DNA from: a virus
Taxonomy: Duplodnaviria; Caudoviricetes
DNA length: 31,958 nucleotides
Strand: one strand, 5' to 3'
IMG/VR virus record: IMGVR_UViG_3300040959_000049
Coordinates: 1-31,958 of that record
Shown: in pieces, positions 15,798 to 24,142 of the stretch
How positions within the stretch are numbered: the stretch's first letter is position 1
Layout: each line of letters starts with the position of its first letter
The notes under the pieces: generated by a model
Seen by the model: the letters and a program-made list of their open reading frames with translations, nothing else
Told to the model about the DNA's origin: nothing
Database searches by the model: none
Program-made: the position numbers and the translations under genes

Positions 15798-18115
15798 TAT
15801 AACCTCTGTGATTTTCCTACATACATACCCGTCCACTCCATTGAACCAAAGGCACAAGGGAACGCGCTGTCGTTAACAATTTTAATTTCAACTCTGTCGT
15901 TTTGCGCAAACACAGGGAATTTGTATTCTCCTGTATCTCTAGGCATCAAACCTGCAATGTTATCTTCGTCAGCAAGTATACGGGCGTTAAAGAGATGCTC
16001 AAAAGTTTGGTTGTTTTTAGGTGTGATCAATATTTTGAAGAACGCTGTGTCCATGTAGATCAGAGACATGTAACGTAGTTGTACGCGACCTTCTTGAATT
16101 GCCGCCTCACCTGTAGGTGTATCTTCTCGAATGTATTGAGGAGAAAAGATGTATTCAAAAGTATAAGGTACGCCAGCGTTGATCGTCCAAGTAGTAGCGT
16201 CAACTTCAGCTAAATGATACTCATTGTCAGCTACCTTTGTAACGTGCATTAACTGACCCTTGGGGTCTTCCATTTTATAGAATTGTAAGGTCGCTGGAGT
16301 TGAGTACGGTAAAACGATTTCCGTTCTATCATCAGTCGCATTGTAAGTGATTGTCATGGCAGATTCTTCTACCCTATGATCTAACAACGCCTTGTCTACA
16401 GGCTTAGTATCCAAGAACATTCTATCCAAGTACATCTGACCACCTGTTTTGTAGACGACATACAAAAAGTCTTCTAGAAACTCACAACCCATAATAATGG
16501 TGTCTTCGCCAAAGTCCCAATGTGACCAAGCCGTTTGTACTTTTTCGCCGCCGTTTGTGTACCACTTATATACATAAAGCTTACTAGGCTCTAATGCGGA
16601 TAGCTGAACCATAACGTCATCATATGTAGACACAGCCTGTGTCCTGACCTCGTTTGGTATGTAGCTGGGTATCTGAACCGTTATCTCATCCGCATCGATG
16701 GTCTTTAGTTCTTCATCGATATACAACTCTCGAACCGTTGAGTTAGTAGCACCGTCAGTTACAAAGAATACGATTGGACCGGAGGCCACAGGAGCGGTGT
16801 AAGGTGAACAAGCAAACTTAGTCGAAGGAACGATACCAACCGACAGCGGCGATAACACGTTTTCAGACACAAGTTTAAATTGTTGGCTATCTGAGAATAG
16901 AACCAAAGTGTCCGAAAAGACCGCTGCGTGGTAAAGGTTGTTCACCCTACCTGTCGTTGAAGCTACGTCAATTCGGTCAGATGCGAAAACTTGTACAACG
17001 GTACTGCGATACAAACTTTCTAGTTCACCCACAGCCGACATAATAAGGTTTTCCTCAGAAAGAAAACCCATTCGACCTTTAAATAGAAACATCGAACTAA
17101 TTGCTTTATCGACGAAACTAGGTGCTGGGTTAGTGTCTGCATCACCTACTGATCTTTCATCCCACGTGTGTTGTTGAAACGTGAATGTTCCATCTGGGTT
17201 TCTAATCAAAACATGAGGCATAGTTGCTGGATTAAAGGTTTCACCTGCATCATATCCTACAGTTTCGATCCAAACGTTATTGTCAAATTCTACCCAATAA
17301 TCCTCAGTAGCATCGTTAAGGTTACCCTTAATTTGTACAATGCGGCCCTGTTTTTCTTGTGGTGGTAGTTTATCGAATGACTGTATGCGATCAGTGAACG
17401 CTTCCATCGCGTTACCACCAAATTGGTCGAGAACACGTATTTGGGCACCAGCGGGTACAGAGAATGTCAGTGTTGGTCCAAAGGTTTGTGCGTCAGTGTA
17501 TCCTCGACTTATTGCATCTGCTTTGAGTTCTTCTGCAATATCAGATGTACCCTCTAGTGCTGTGGATGCTGTGGTGTTGTCTTCAGTCGAAGTGGTCGCG
17601 GCTAAAACATTGTTAATGTAGATAGCGTATGTTGTAGATGCGACAGCACGTTTGATAAATACCGAAGCTGTAGCACTCGGATCAGCGCGAGTTTCTGTCA
17701 CTGCTTGAGTTGCTGTGACTTTTTCTGTGTTTAGAATAAATGTCGTATCAGCTACTGTAACAAATCTTAGCTTTTTCCACATGTCGCTGGTGGGTAGATA
17801 AGATTTACCATCAGGAAACGTCACCGTTTTCTTAACACCATCAGTGTCAAATACTTCAAGATCGCCGCTACCGCCGATAACAATGTATCGTTCTTCAAAG
17901 TCTCTGTTAATTACATGAACCGCTGTTGTGTCATCGTCTGGAACGTTTGTGTTCAACGCGGATACAAATTGTGTAGGTGGTCTTTTTTGCAATCCAGCAA
18001 CAACAGACGGATAGGCGTTTTTCATTTCCTCACCCGAAGTCCGTAGACGTTGAGGTGCCGGCTGTTGTGAAACACCACTAATTAGGTTGGAAACCGTAGT
18101 TGAAACTAGGGGCAT
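15797..18115 (-). CDS. Tail tubular protein B / nozzle (T7 gp12-like)
   Basis: 772 aa; NLISGVSQQP, GLQKRPPT, MPHVLIR, WDERSVGDADTNPAPSF, QTAWSHW, GRVQLR motifs. Confidence 0.95.
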   Translation of the reverse strand: MPLVSTTVSNLISGVSQQPAPQRLRTSGEEMKNAYPSVVAGLQKRPPTQFVSALNTNVPDDDTTAVHVINRDFEERYIVIGGSGDLEVFDTDGVKKTVTFPDGKSYLPTSDMWKKLRFVTVADTTFILNTEKVTATQAVTETRADPSATASVFIKRAVASTTYAIYINNVLAATTSTEDNTTASTALEGTSDIAEELKADAISRGYTDAQTFGPTLTFSVPAGAQIRVLDQFGGNAMEAFTDRIQSFDKLPPQEKQGRIVQIKGNLNDATEDYWVEFDNNVWIETVGYDAGETFNPATMPHVLIRNPDGTFTFQQHTWDERSVGDADTNPAPSFVDKAISSMFLFKGRMGFLSEENLIMSAVGELESLYRSTVVQVFASDRIDVASTTGRVNNLYHAAVFSDTLVLFSDSQQFKLVSENVLSPLSVGIVPSTKFACSPYTAPVASGPIVFFVTDGATNSTVRELYIDEELKTIDADEITVQIPSYIPNEVRTQAVSTYDDVMVQLSALEPSKLYVYKWYTNGGEKVQTAWSHWDFGEDTIIMGCEFLEDFLYVVYKTGGQMYLDRMFLDTKPVDKALLDHRVEESAMTITYNATDDRTEIVLPYSTPATLQFYKMEDPKGQLMHVTKVADNEYHLAEVDATTWTINAGVPYTFEYIFSPQYIREDTPTGEAAIQEGRVQLRYMSLIYMDTAFFKILITPKNNQTFEHLFNARILADEDNIAGLMPRDTGEYKFPVFAQNDRVEIKIVNDSAFPCAFGSMEWTGMYVGKSQRL

Positions 18116-18126
18116 TATGTCACCTT

Positions 18127-18720
18127 TTAATAAGCTGAACGGGCAAGAATACCTGATACAGCGGTGTTTCCTGACAGCATGTTATTGTCTTCAACTTCCA
18201 TGTTTTCAGCTAACAACGCAGCCCGCGCCATGTCTTCGTCGGCAGCGTTAAAAGCTGATACTGCGCCGTTACCCATAACACGCTCTTGATAGATACGTGC
18301 TGAACGTACAGCGATATAACGTCTAGCAATTTCAGGAAGTTCTTCAAAACCTAGAGCAACAATGATGTTTACTGTAACAGGTTGTTTAAAATTATATGTG
18401 TGATTGCGGCGATCATAAAGAAGACGACCACGCGCTACCAAGTCTTTATCCTTATCACTCAACGTAGTGTCCACCGATAAGATGTTAGCAGGTAGAACTA
18501 GGTTTTCAGAGGTGTTAGGAATTAGTTTGTAACTAAGTTCTGTGTTCCAATAGAACCCATGTGTCTGTGTTTCACGTGTTACCTGACGAACTAAGTCTCT
18601 AGCAAGAGCCGCGTCAACTACGGTATCACCTGTAATGGAACTCACTGGCGACTCGCCAATGTTCGCAAGGCACACGTTGACAGCTTCTAGTTCTGTCGTA
18701 GGGGTCAGTAGAGTTGCCAT
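18127..18720 (-). CDS. Tail tubular protein A / adaptor (T7 gp11-like)
   Basis: From 18720: TELEAVNVCLANIGESPV, GFYWNTE, LYDR, FEELPE; the longer start in the ORF track lies inside the terminator. Confidence 0.93.
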   Translation of the reverse strand: MATLLTPTTELEAVNVCLANIGESPVSSITGDTVVDAALARDLVRQVTRETQTHGFYWNTELSYKLIPNTSENLVLPANILSVDTTLSDKDKDLVARGRLLYDRRNHTYNFKQPVTVNIIVALGFEELPEIARRYIAVRSARIYQERVMGNGAVSAFNAADEDMARAALLAENMEVEDNNMLSGNTAVSGILARSAY

Positions 18721-18738
18721 GAGTTTTCCCTTAAATGT

Positions 18739-18774
18739 AAAAAATGACCCCTCTAGGTTAACTAGAGAGGCCAT
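18739..18774 (-). terminator. T-phi-like terminator after the major capsid gene
   Basis: ATGGCCTCTCTAG-TTAAC-CTAGAGGGGTCAT followed by TTTTT; same position as T7 T-phi. Confidence 0.88.
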
Positions 18775-18780
18775 CTAATT

Positions 18781-19737
18781 TTATAACGCTGCGCGTAGTT
18801 CGATGATGCACTCTGGGCGCAATACACCGTGACCGACAGCCATCTTAGATACAGCTAGTGTACCTTGACGACGAATGTCGTATTCCATTTCGGTTGCCAT
18901 ATCCATCAACTGAACTGTACCCAACGCTTGACGCTGGATGACAAGTGCAGATGTGTCTGAGGCATCCACAGCATACTTCGAGTTGAAGTCTGGATAAGCT
19001 GTTGAAGCTGTGTGATCCACTGTCAAGTTGTTAGATTTAACAATTTGCATACCTGCGACACGCATGATTGTGCCGTCAGAGTATGAACCGTTTTGACCGA
19101 AGTCACGGTTAATCAGTTTATCGTTCTGAACTAGAGCGTAGTATGTCGCTGGGTTAACAAGGACATAACGTTCCGTTTCAGGAATGTTTGCTGCGTCTAG
19201 AGTCGCCGCCGCATCATACATAGCAGTAACAATAGCGTCAGTTGTAGGTGTTGTTGAACCTAGTGTTTCAGACGCTGCGTTACCTTGACCTGCAACACCA
19301 GCACCTAGACCTGATGGGTCACGTGCGGCTTTAATTGCCATAGATAGCAAGTTGCGGTCATATGTTTGTGCTAGGGCTTGACCCATTTGCTTAGAGTATT
19401 CTGAACGCACATCATAGTGGTTCTTGGCTTCATCGATGTTTGCAATGAAAGTGTTCGCAATCAATAGATCATCGATTGTGATAACTTTTTCGCCGTGTTC
19501 GATGTTGTTACCAAGAATTTCGGCACCGGCTGTGTGGTACTCAGCAACTGTTTTACCGATTGCTGGGAACTGTGCAGACTTACCGTTATTGATAGAACGA
19601 ATACGTGTTTTCTCTTTCATCACTGTTTGAGCGTTGAAAGTAGACATTACCTCGCCTGAGAAGACCTTCAGGAACAGAGCATCGGTTGCACCTGTTAATC
19701 CGGCCTGACCCACGCGGGATGGATTTGCATTAGACAT
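18781..19737 (-). CDS. Major capsid protein (T7 gp10-like)
   Basis: 318 aa; ALFLKVFSGEV, GKSAQFP, ITIDDLL, YDVRSEYSKQMGQALA, GHGVLRPEC. Confidence 0.97.
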   Translation of the reverse strand: MSNANPSRVGQAGLTGATDALFLKVFSGEVMSTFNAQTVMKEKTRIRSINNGKSAQFPAIGKTVAEYHTAGAEILGNNIEHGEKVITIDDLLIANTFIANIDEAKNHYDVRSEYSKQMGQALAQTYDRNLLSMAIKAARDPSGLGAGVAGQGNAASETLGSTTPTTDAIVTAMYDAAATLDAANIPETERYVLVNPATYYALVQNDKLINRDFGQNGSYSDGTIMRVAGMQIVKSNNLTVDHTASTAYPDFNSKYAVDASDTSALVIQRQALGTVQLMDMATEMEYDIRRQGTLAVSKMAVGHGVLRPECIIELRAAL

Positions 19738-19745
19738 TTTATTTC

Positions 19746-19861
19746 ACCTTGGAAAAAGAGTTAGGTTGTTAGGATTTTTCTAACGTCACCATTTGCTTTC
19801 TTTCCATTAAGGTTATCCCTCGTAAGGGGCCATAACGTAATAATTGCTTTGTTGAGTTAGA
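19746..19861 (-). promoter_or_regulatory. Structured capsid mRNA leader (candidate cis-regulatory RNA)
   Basis: Hairpin GUUAU-GGC-CCCU-UACG-AGGG-AUAAC (19812-19836) extended by outer stems, AAAGCAA on both sides of an internal loop, and an alternative anti-SD pairing. Folded by eye. Confidence 0.55.
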
Positions 19862-19863
19862 TG

Positions 19864-19897
19864 AAAAAAAGTGAACACCCTTGGCCTAGAATGTTCA
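19864..19897 (-). terminator. Intrinsic terminator-like hairpin upstream of the capsid leader
   Basis: TGAACATTCT-AGGCCA-AGGGTGTTCA then CTTTTTTT. Confidence 0.72.
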
Positions 19898-19899
19898 TT

Positions 19900-19946
19900 T
19901 CGCCACCCACTAATAAGCGGCGTAGCGAGGGAGTCCGAAGACCCCC
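19900..19946 (-). other. Two tandem hairpins right after the HNH-like gene stop
   Basis: GGGGGTC-TTCG-GACTCCC (cUUCGg tetraloop, 19929-19946) and TCGCTAC-G-CCGCT-TATT-AGTGG-GTGGCGA (19900-19928). Confidence 0.6.
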
Positions 19947-20176
19947 TACTTTTTCGCTCTGTTCTTTGAGCGATCCATGATTTTCAGATTAGAATTTGTG
20001 TTGTTTGTTGCGTTACCGTCTGAGTGATCAATGTCTTTCCCAGATAGTTTAGACTTACCATGTTTAGAGATCATCATACGACGAGCCTTGTTGCGTGAAA
20101 CACGCTTCTTAACCTGTTCAGGACGAGCCTGATACTCTCTATCGTATGCTGAATATACTCGTCCTGATTTACTCAT
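19946..20176 (-). CDS. Small basic HNH-like (beta-beta-alpha-metal) protein
   Basis: 76 aa, K/R-rich; GKDIDHSDGNATNNTNSNLKIMDRSKNR fits a D-H...N...NL...N HNH/HNN pattern; ATGA coupling. Confidence 0.7.
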   Translation of the reverse strand: MSKSGRVYSAYDREYQARPEQVKKRVSRNKARRMMISKHGKSKLSGKDIDHSDGNATNNTNSNLKIMDRSKNRAKK

Positions 20177-20337
20177 GATTTCTTCTTAATTTTCATGTCG
20201 GTTGGTTTTGCAGTTTTAGCTGCGTTTTTGAAATCGGTATCAGAGGGCGCACCCTTTTCACCTTTTCGACGCATCCGTTCACCAGAACCATTCTTTATTC
20301 GGTTCTGTTTGTTTTTAATGTTTTCGTAAAGCGACAT
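20173..20337 (-). CDS. Small basic hypothetical protein, 54 aa; absent from ORF track
   Basis: Manual translation MSLYENIKNKQNRIKNGSGERMRRKGEKGAPSDTDFKNAAKTAKPTDMKIKKKS*; TAATG overlap with the scaffold stop and ATGA overlap with the next gene. Confidence 0.85.
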   Translation of the reverse strand: MSLYENIKNKQNRIKNGSGERMRRKGEKGAPSDTDFKNAAKTAKPTDMKIKKKS

Positions 20338-21071
20338 TAAAGAATGTTTGACCTCGCAAGTTTTGCTTCGACCTGCGCACGGAAAGCCGGATCGTTTTCA
20401 TACATCGGGTTCTGCATATCTTGCATTAACTGGTTAACGCTTTCGTAAGAACCACCGCCGCCACCAGACAAGCTTCCAGATAGGTTACGTTCAGGTTCCA
20501 TACCCATTGCAGCATCTTTACGAGCGGCAACGGCGCGAACCGCCATCTGAATAGCTTGCCAATCATTGGTGTCCATCACTGAATTGAAATAGTCGATTTC
20601 ATTGTCTTCAAGGTTGTCAGCGGCCCACTCGGTTAACTCAGAGTAACCTTCTTCGCCGCCGACCTCATTCATTATCTGACCGCGTTGTGCATCAACTGCA
20701 TTTAGTTGACTATCGATGTAGCTATCAACAATCTCACGTGGTATCCCCGCTTGATCTAGCAAATCATAGCTTTCTGGAGAGAGATCGCCGTTATCCCAAA
20801 ATTCTTGAGATAGAGCATCGTAATCCACGCCTACATTATCAAGTTCTGATCTTGCATCGTCTTCGTATTGTTCATTCTCTTGAGAACTCATTCGGTTTTC
20901 TAGTTCAGAATATGCACGTGCCATATCCTCTGCCGAATTGAACTTTTCTGGCAACCACTCAGGCCGGTCATCCACTTGTTCAGTTTGTTGTTCTTCCATT
21001 TCGGAAGCTTGTTGCTCAAGTGTAGGACCAGAGTTTTCCTCTGAGGTGTCGATAACTACTTGTTCGACCAT
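20337..21071 (-). CDS. Capsid assembly scaffolding protein (T7 gp9-like)
   Basis: 244 aa acidic; RPEWLPEKF, GGEEGY...WAADNL, C-terminal YENDPAFRAQVEAKLARS. Confidence 0.92.
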   Translation of the reverse strand: MVEQVVIDTSEENSGPTLEQQASEMEEQQTEQVDDRPEWLPEKFNSAEDMARAYSELENRMSSQENEQYEDDARSELDNVGVDYDALSQEFWDNGDLSPESYDLLDQAGIPREIVDSYIDSQLNAVDAQRGQIMNEVGGEEGYSELTEWAADNLEDNEIDYFNSVMDTNDWQAIQMAVRAVAARKDAAMGMEPERNLSGSLSGGGGGSYESVNQLMQDMQNPMYENDPAFRAQVEAKLARSNIL

Positions 21072-21073
21072 TT

Positions 21074-22657
21074 TTATTCACCATTTCTTGCGACAGCTTC
21101 ACGCACTGCGCCGGCTGCTTCTTTAGCAACTGGACCAACACCAGCTTTAGCCATTTCAGCCATTTGCTGTTGTTGCATCATCTGCATCTGCATCTGTCGT
21201 TCTTGTTGCATTTGTTGTTCTGATTTAATCAAACCGTCCATGTCGATACCCAATGCAGTTCCTACGCGGGTGATGTAATCACCAACGTTCATAAACTGAC
21301 CGACAGCTTCTGGTCCTAGAGGTGCGAGAGCCGTTAGGAACATTTGATACTTATTCATATCATGTCCACGACCGAGAGCCTCAAGACCTGTAACGATTGT
21401 TGGGTTAGCCACACCTTTTGGTAATGAGGGTAACCGTTTCTTCTTAGTCATCCTCGCTATGATGCGGTTGACCAATGGTAATTGAAATTCCTGACTTAGA
21501 ATTGAGTAAACACCACCGAGTGCATCCTCTAGTTCCCCTGCCATGTAACGAACCTCTTCGGCTGTCACACGTTCACCTGCGCGTTGAATCGCAGAGTTCA
21601 TTAGGAACGCAAAGGATAGACGCTCAGTAATCACTGATGCTGTACTAGAAGCCACAGACATGTCAGCCTGTTTAGCAACTTGCAGTGTGGAAACTTCGGC
21701 GGCGTTACCTGATACAATAGCGCCGTTATCAGCTTTTGAAATGTCTCTTGCACGTGTAGTACCGTTTGGTGCTACCAAGAATACTACTTTGGCTGATACC
21801 GCAGATGCTTCAAGAATTGCTTTAGACAGACCCTCTAAAGAGATAAGATCGCCAATGTATTCTTCTACATATGATCGCCCATAATCTTCACCATCAATGC
21901 GTGTCCAACGCAAAGCAAGCATAGGTGCTTTATCTAAGGGATATTTACCTTGAGATTTAGGGACGATCATACCATCAATTTCTTGATACAGTATATATTT
22001 GTCGCCCTCGCGGTACATCTTTGTGTAAAGATTTATTTCGTCTGTCTTTTTGTTGTTTTGTTCGCTAGGAAGATCACCTTCCTTAACCATCAAGAGTTGT
22101 TGTATGTCTTCGGGCAGTGTAACCCGTGACATGGTTTCTTTTACAATAACCTCAATGACCTCACCCATAGGGTCACGTTTCACTACATAGCGGCTCAACG
22201 GAAAGACCCGTGCGCCGCCCTCTGGGGGAAGGTAGAGAAGTACGTTACCTGCGACAATTAACTGTTTTAGTGCTTCAAAAATAGGTGACCGCATACCTGA
22301 GTTTTCAATCTCGGTCATAACAGCGCGTTCATATTTATTTAACGCTTCGTCTACTTTTGCACGTGCGCCCTCTGTTTGCGACAATTCTTGGATCGTGAAA
22401 TCGTCCAAGCGCATAGCAAAGAAAGGCGCGTTAGGTGGTAGCAATGACAGTAATAATTTAGATGCGAGGTTGTTCACACCTCTAGCCCCTACACCCTGAT
22501 ATGGAGTGTAGAATTTACTAGATGATGTATGACCTTCTTCGGGAACAAGAGAAGGGATAGTTAGTTTAGCCGCTTCTCTTGCCCGTTCTAAATATGTCGT
22601 TCTGTGTGAGGATAGGTTTTCGTACTTTTTAGCGCAATTAGCGTCACCTTTATGCAC
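21074..22657 (-). CDS. Portal / head-tail connector (T7 gp8-like)
   Basis: 527 aa, GTG start with SD GGAAGG; YQGVGARGVNNLASKL, GEDYGRSYVEEY, ERVTAEEVR, GLEALGRG. Confidence 0.97.
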   Translation of the reverse strand: MHKGDANCAKKYENLSSHRTTYLERAREAAKLTIPSLVPEEGHTSSSKFYTPYQGVGARGVNNLASKLLLSLLPPNAPFFAMRLDDFTIQELSQTEGARAKVDEALNKYERAVMTEIENSGMRSPIFEALKQLIVAGNVLLYLPPEGGARVFPLSRYVVKRDPMGEVIEVIVKETMSRVTLPEDIQQLLMVKEGDLPSEQNNKKTDEINLYTKMYREGDKYILYQEIDGMIVPKSQGKYPLDKAPMLALRWTRIDGEDYGRSYVEEYIGDLISLEGLSKAILEASAVSAKVVFLVAPNGTTRARDISKADNGAIVSGNAAEVSTLQVAKQADMSVASSTASVITERLSFAFLMNSAIQRAGERVTAEEVRYMAGELEDALGGVYSILSQEFQLPLVNRIIARMTKKKRLPSLPKGVANPTIVTGLEALGRGHDMNKYQMFLTALAPLGPEAVGQFMNVGDYITRVGTALGIDMDGLIKSEQQMQQERQMQMQMMQQQQMAEMAKAGVGPVAKEAAGAVREAVARNGE

Positions 22658-22674
22658 GGTTTACCTTCCTGACT

Positions 22675-22905
22675 TTATACGTTTGACTTTGATTTCTGCA
22701 TCATGCCACCCAACTTGTTTTTGTCAGATGTATAATTATTTCTTTTAGAAATCTTATAACTTTTCATACCGCGAGAGCGGCGTGTTAGTGTGTCACCCTC
22801 TTCACTCATATTGCTCAACGCCGGTGCTTCCTGTTCTAATACAGGGGGAGCAGCGGGGGGTGGAGCGGGAGGAGGCGGTGGAGTTGGACTATTCATAAAA
22901 CACAT
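22675..22905 (-). CDS. Small virion protein, T7 gp6.7/7.3-like
   Basis: 76 aa; begins MCF (as T7 gp6.7), Pro-rich, basic C-terminus; directly upstream of portal. Confidence 0.7.
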   Translation of the reverse strand: MCFMNSPTPPPPPAPPPAAPPVLEQEAPALSNMSEEGDTLTRRSRGMKSYKISKRNNYTSDKNKLGGMMQKSKSNV

Positions 22906-22907
22906 GT

Positions 22908-23726
22908 TTAGGCACTCCGATTATTTCTGTTCTTTCGAATTGACATAGGGTTTGCACGTTGTCCTCTAATGGACGCAGCCGCTGCTTGTTTACCGCGTAC
23001 CTTGTATCGATCAGTACCTGCCGCCTTACGTTCAATCGCAATCTTGTCTTCTTGTGTCTTAGAAGCTTTCAAACGAGAAGCTTTACCACCATCTCGACCA
23101 CCACCTACACCATCACGTGGGTCGATTTTCTCAGGTGCTGTAACTGGCGAAGATGAGCCTGTGTTTGTATTTACAGGAGCAGTTGTCTTAGGTGTCGCAA
23201 CATCTTTAGTGTCGTAAATTTCAGAATTTGTTCGACCGCCAACTTCAACTTGTGGCGCATCGTTAAATGCAGTTCCACGGGCAACGGTAAGTGATCCTGT
23301 ACCGTTCTTAGCTTTGAACGTTGTGACATTACCATCAGCCAAGTCTTTAGCTGTAACACTTGTTTTACTATTAAAGTTTGTAGTCGAACCAGTTACAGGA
23401 ACTGCACGGCGATTAGGGCCGTATGAGTCATTTGTGTATGTAACCTGACTAGCCTTGGATGTACCGGCATTCTTTGTCGGTGCGTATCCTGACCCTGCAA
23501 ACATGTCAGCGTCTAGGTTACGTCCACCACCACTGGATTTAGGTGTCGATGATGATTTACTTCCTTTACCACCGCCTGATGATTTAGCTGGTTTAGGTGC
23601 TGTACGTTTAGAACGTGATTGGGAAGAGGATGATTTAGATGAACCACCACCGCCACCACCACCACCTGACGAACCACCGCCACTTCCAAAAGCAATCTGT
23701 GGTTTAATTAGGTCTATTAGAAACAT
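22908..23726 (-). CDS. Low-complexity Gly/Ser/Lys/Thr-rich protein, probable disordered virion or ejected protein
   Basis: 272 aa; 13-aa hydrophobic N-terminus then GSGGGSSGGGGGGGGSS; basic C-terminus; TAATG-coupled to the upstream GNAT-like gene. Confidence 0.7.
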   Translation of the reverse strand: MFLIDLIKPQIAFGSGGGSSGGGGGGGGSSKSSSSQSRSKRTAPKPAKSSGGGKGSKSSSTPKSSGGGRNLDADMFAGSGYAPTKNAGTSKASQVTYTNDSYGPNRRAVPVTGSTTNFNSKTSVTAKDLADGNVTTFKAKNGTGSLTVARGTAFNDAPQVEVGGRTNSEIYDTKDVATPKTTAPVNTNTGSSSPVTAPEKIDPRDGVGGGRDGGKASRLKASKTQEDKIAIERKAAGTDRYKVRGKQAAAASIRGQRANPMSIRKNRNNRSA

Positions 23727-24142
23727 TATAATATCCGTTTACTAAGAGTTATGTAATTGAGTTTGTAACCGCGTTCTCTCAGAACACGTTCCCAGCCTCT
23801 ACGACCAAGAACCTCAAGAGAATGGCACTTGTTAATACGTGCGAAATCTTCAAACACATGTATTCCATAGGCCCAATCTTCATCATCGCCAGATAAAAAT
23901 ATGATCCTTAAATTTGTGACCTGTGGGTACTCAATGAACTCAGTGATTATAACGGTTGTTAGAACAAACGTGTCTGGTACTTCACATACCCACAACATCC
24001 AACGCCCCTCGGATACAAACTGATAGATGTCTTCAACCAAAACTTTTTCATCAGCTACGCGGTCTAGGAATACCTCAATTTGAGGCCACATTTCATCGAC
24101 AGCGATCATGTTTGTGAGTGGGAGTAAATTTCCTCTAAGCAT
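23726..24142 (-). CDS. GNAT-like fold phage protein
   Basis: 138 aa; MLWV...TEFIEYP...LRIIFLSG...EDFAR...C...LEVLGRRGWERVLRERGY resembles phage acetyltransferase-like proteins. Fold is inference. Confidence 0.6.
   Translation of the reverse strand: MLRGNLLPLTNMIAVDEMWPQIEVFLDRVADEKVLVEDIYQFVSEGRWMLWVCEVPDTFVLTTVIITEFIEYPQVTNLRIIFLSGDDEDWAYGIHVFEDFARINKCHSLEVLGRRGWERVLRERGYKLNYITLSKRIL

Noticed and set aside
15798-18774. Longer N-termini given by the ORF track for gp13-like (15857) and gp11-like (18774)
   Set aside because: They overlap the upstream gene or terminator; starts at 15797 and 18720 have coupling or SD support and match homologue N-termini.
18775-18830. T7 10A/10B-type programmed frameshift at the capsid end
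   Set aside because: No slippery heptamer near the stop, and the terminator follows within a few bases, leaving no room for an extension.
19885-19902. Fifth promoter copy (…GAACATTCTAGG) before the capsid
   Set aside because: Only TTCTAGG matches; the ACCRT core is missing and the bases are explained by the terminator stem.
19864-19946. tRNA gene or tRNA-derived attP
   Set aside because: Hairpins are serial with no closing acceptor stem, T-loop consensus or CCA; no integrase in the window.
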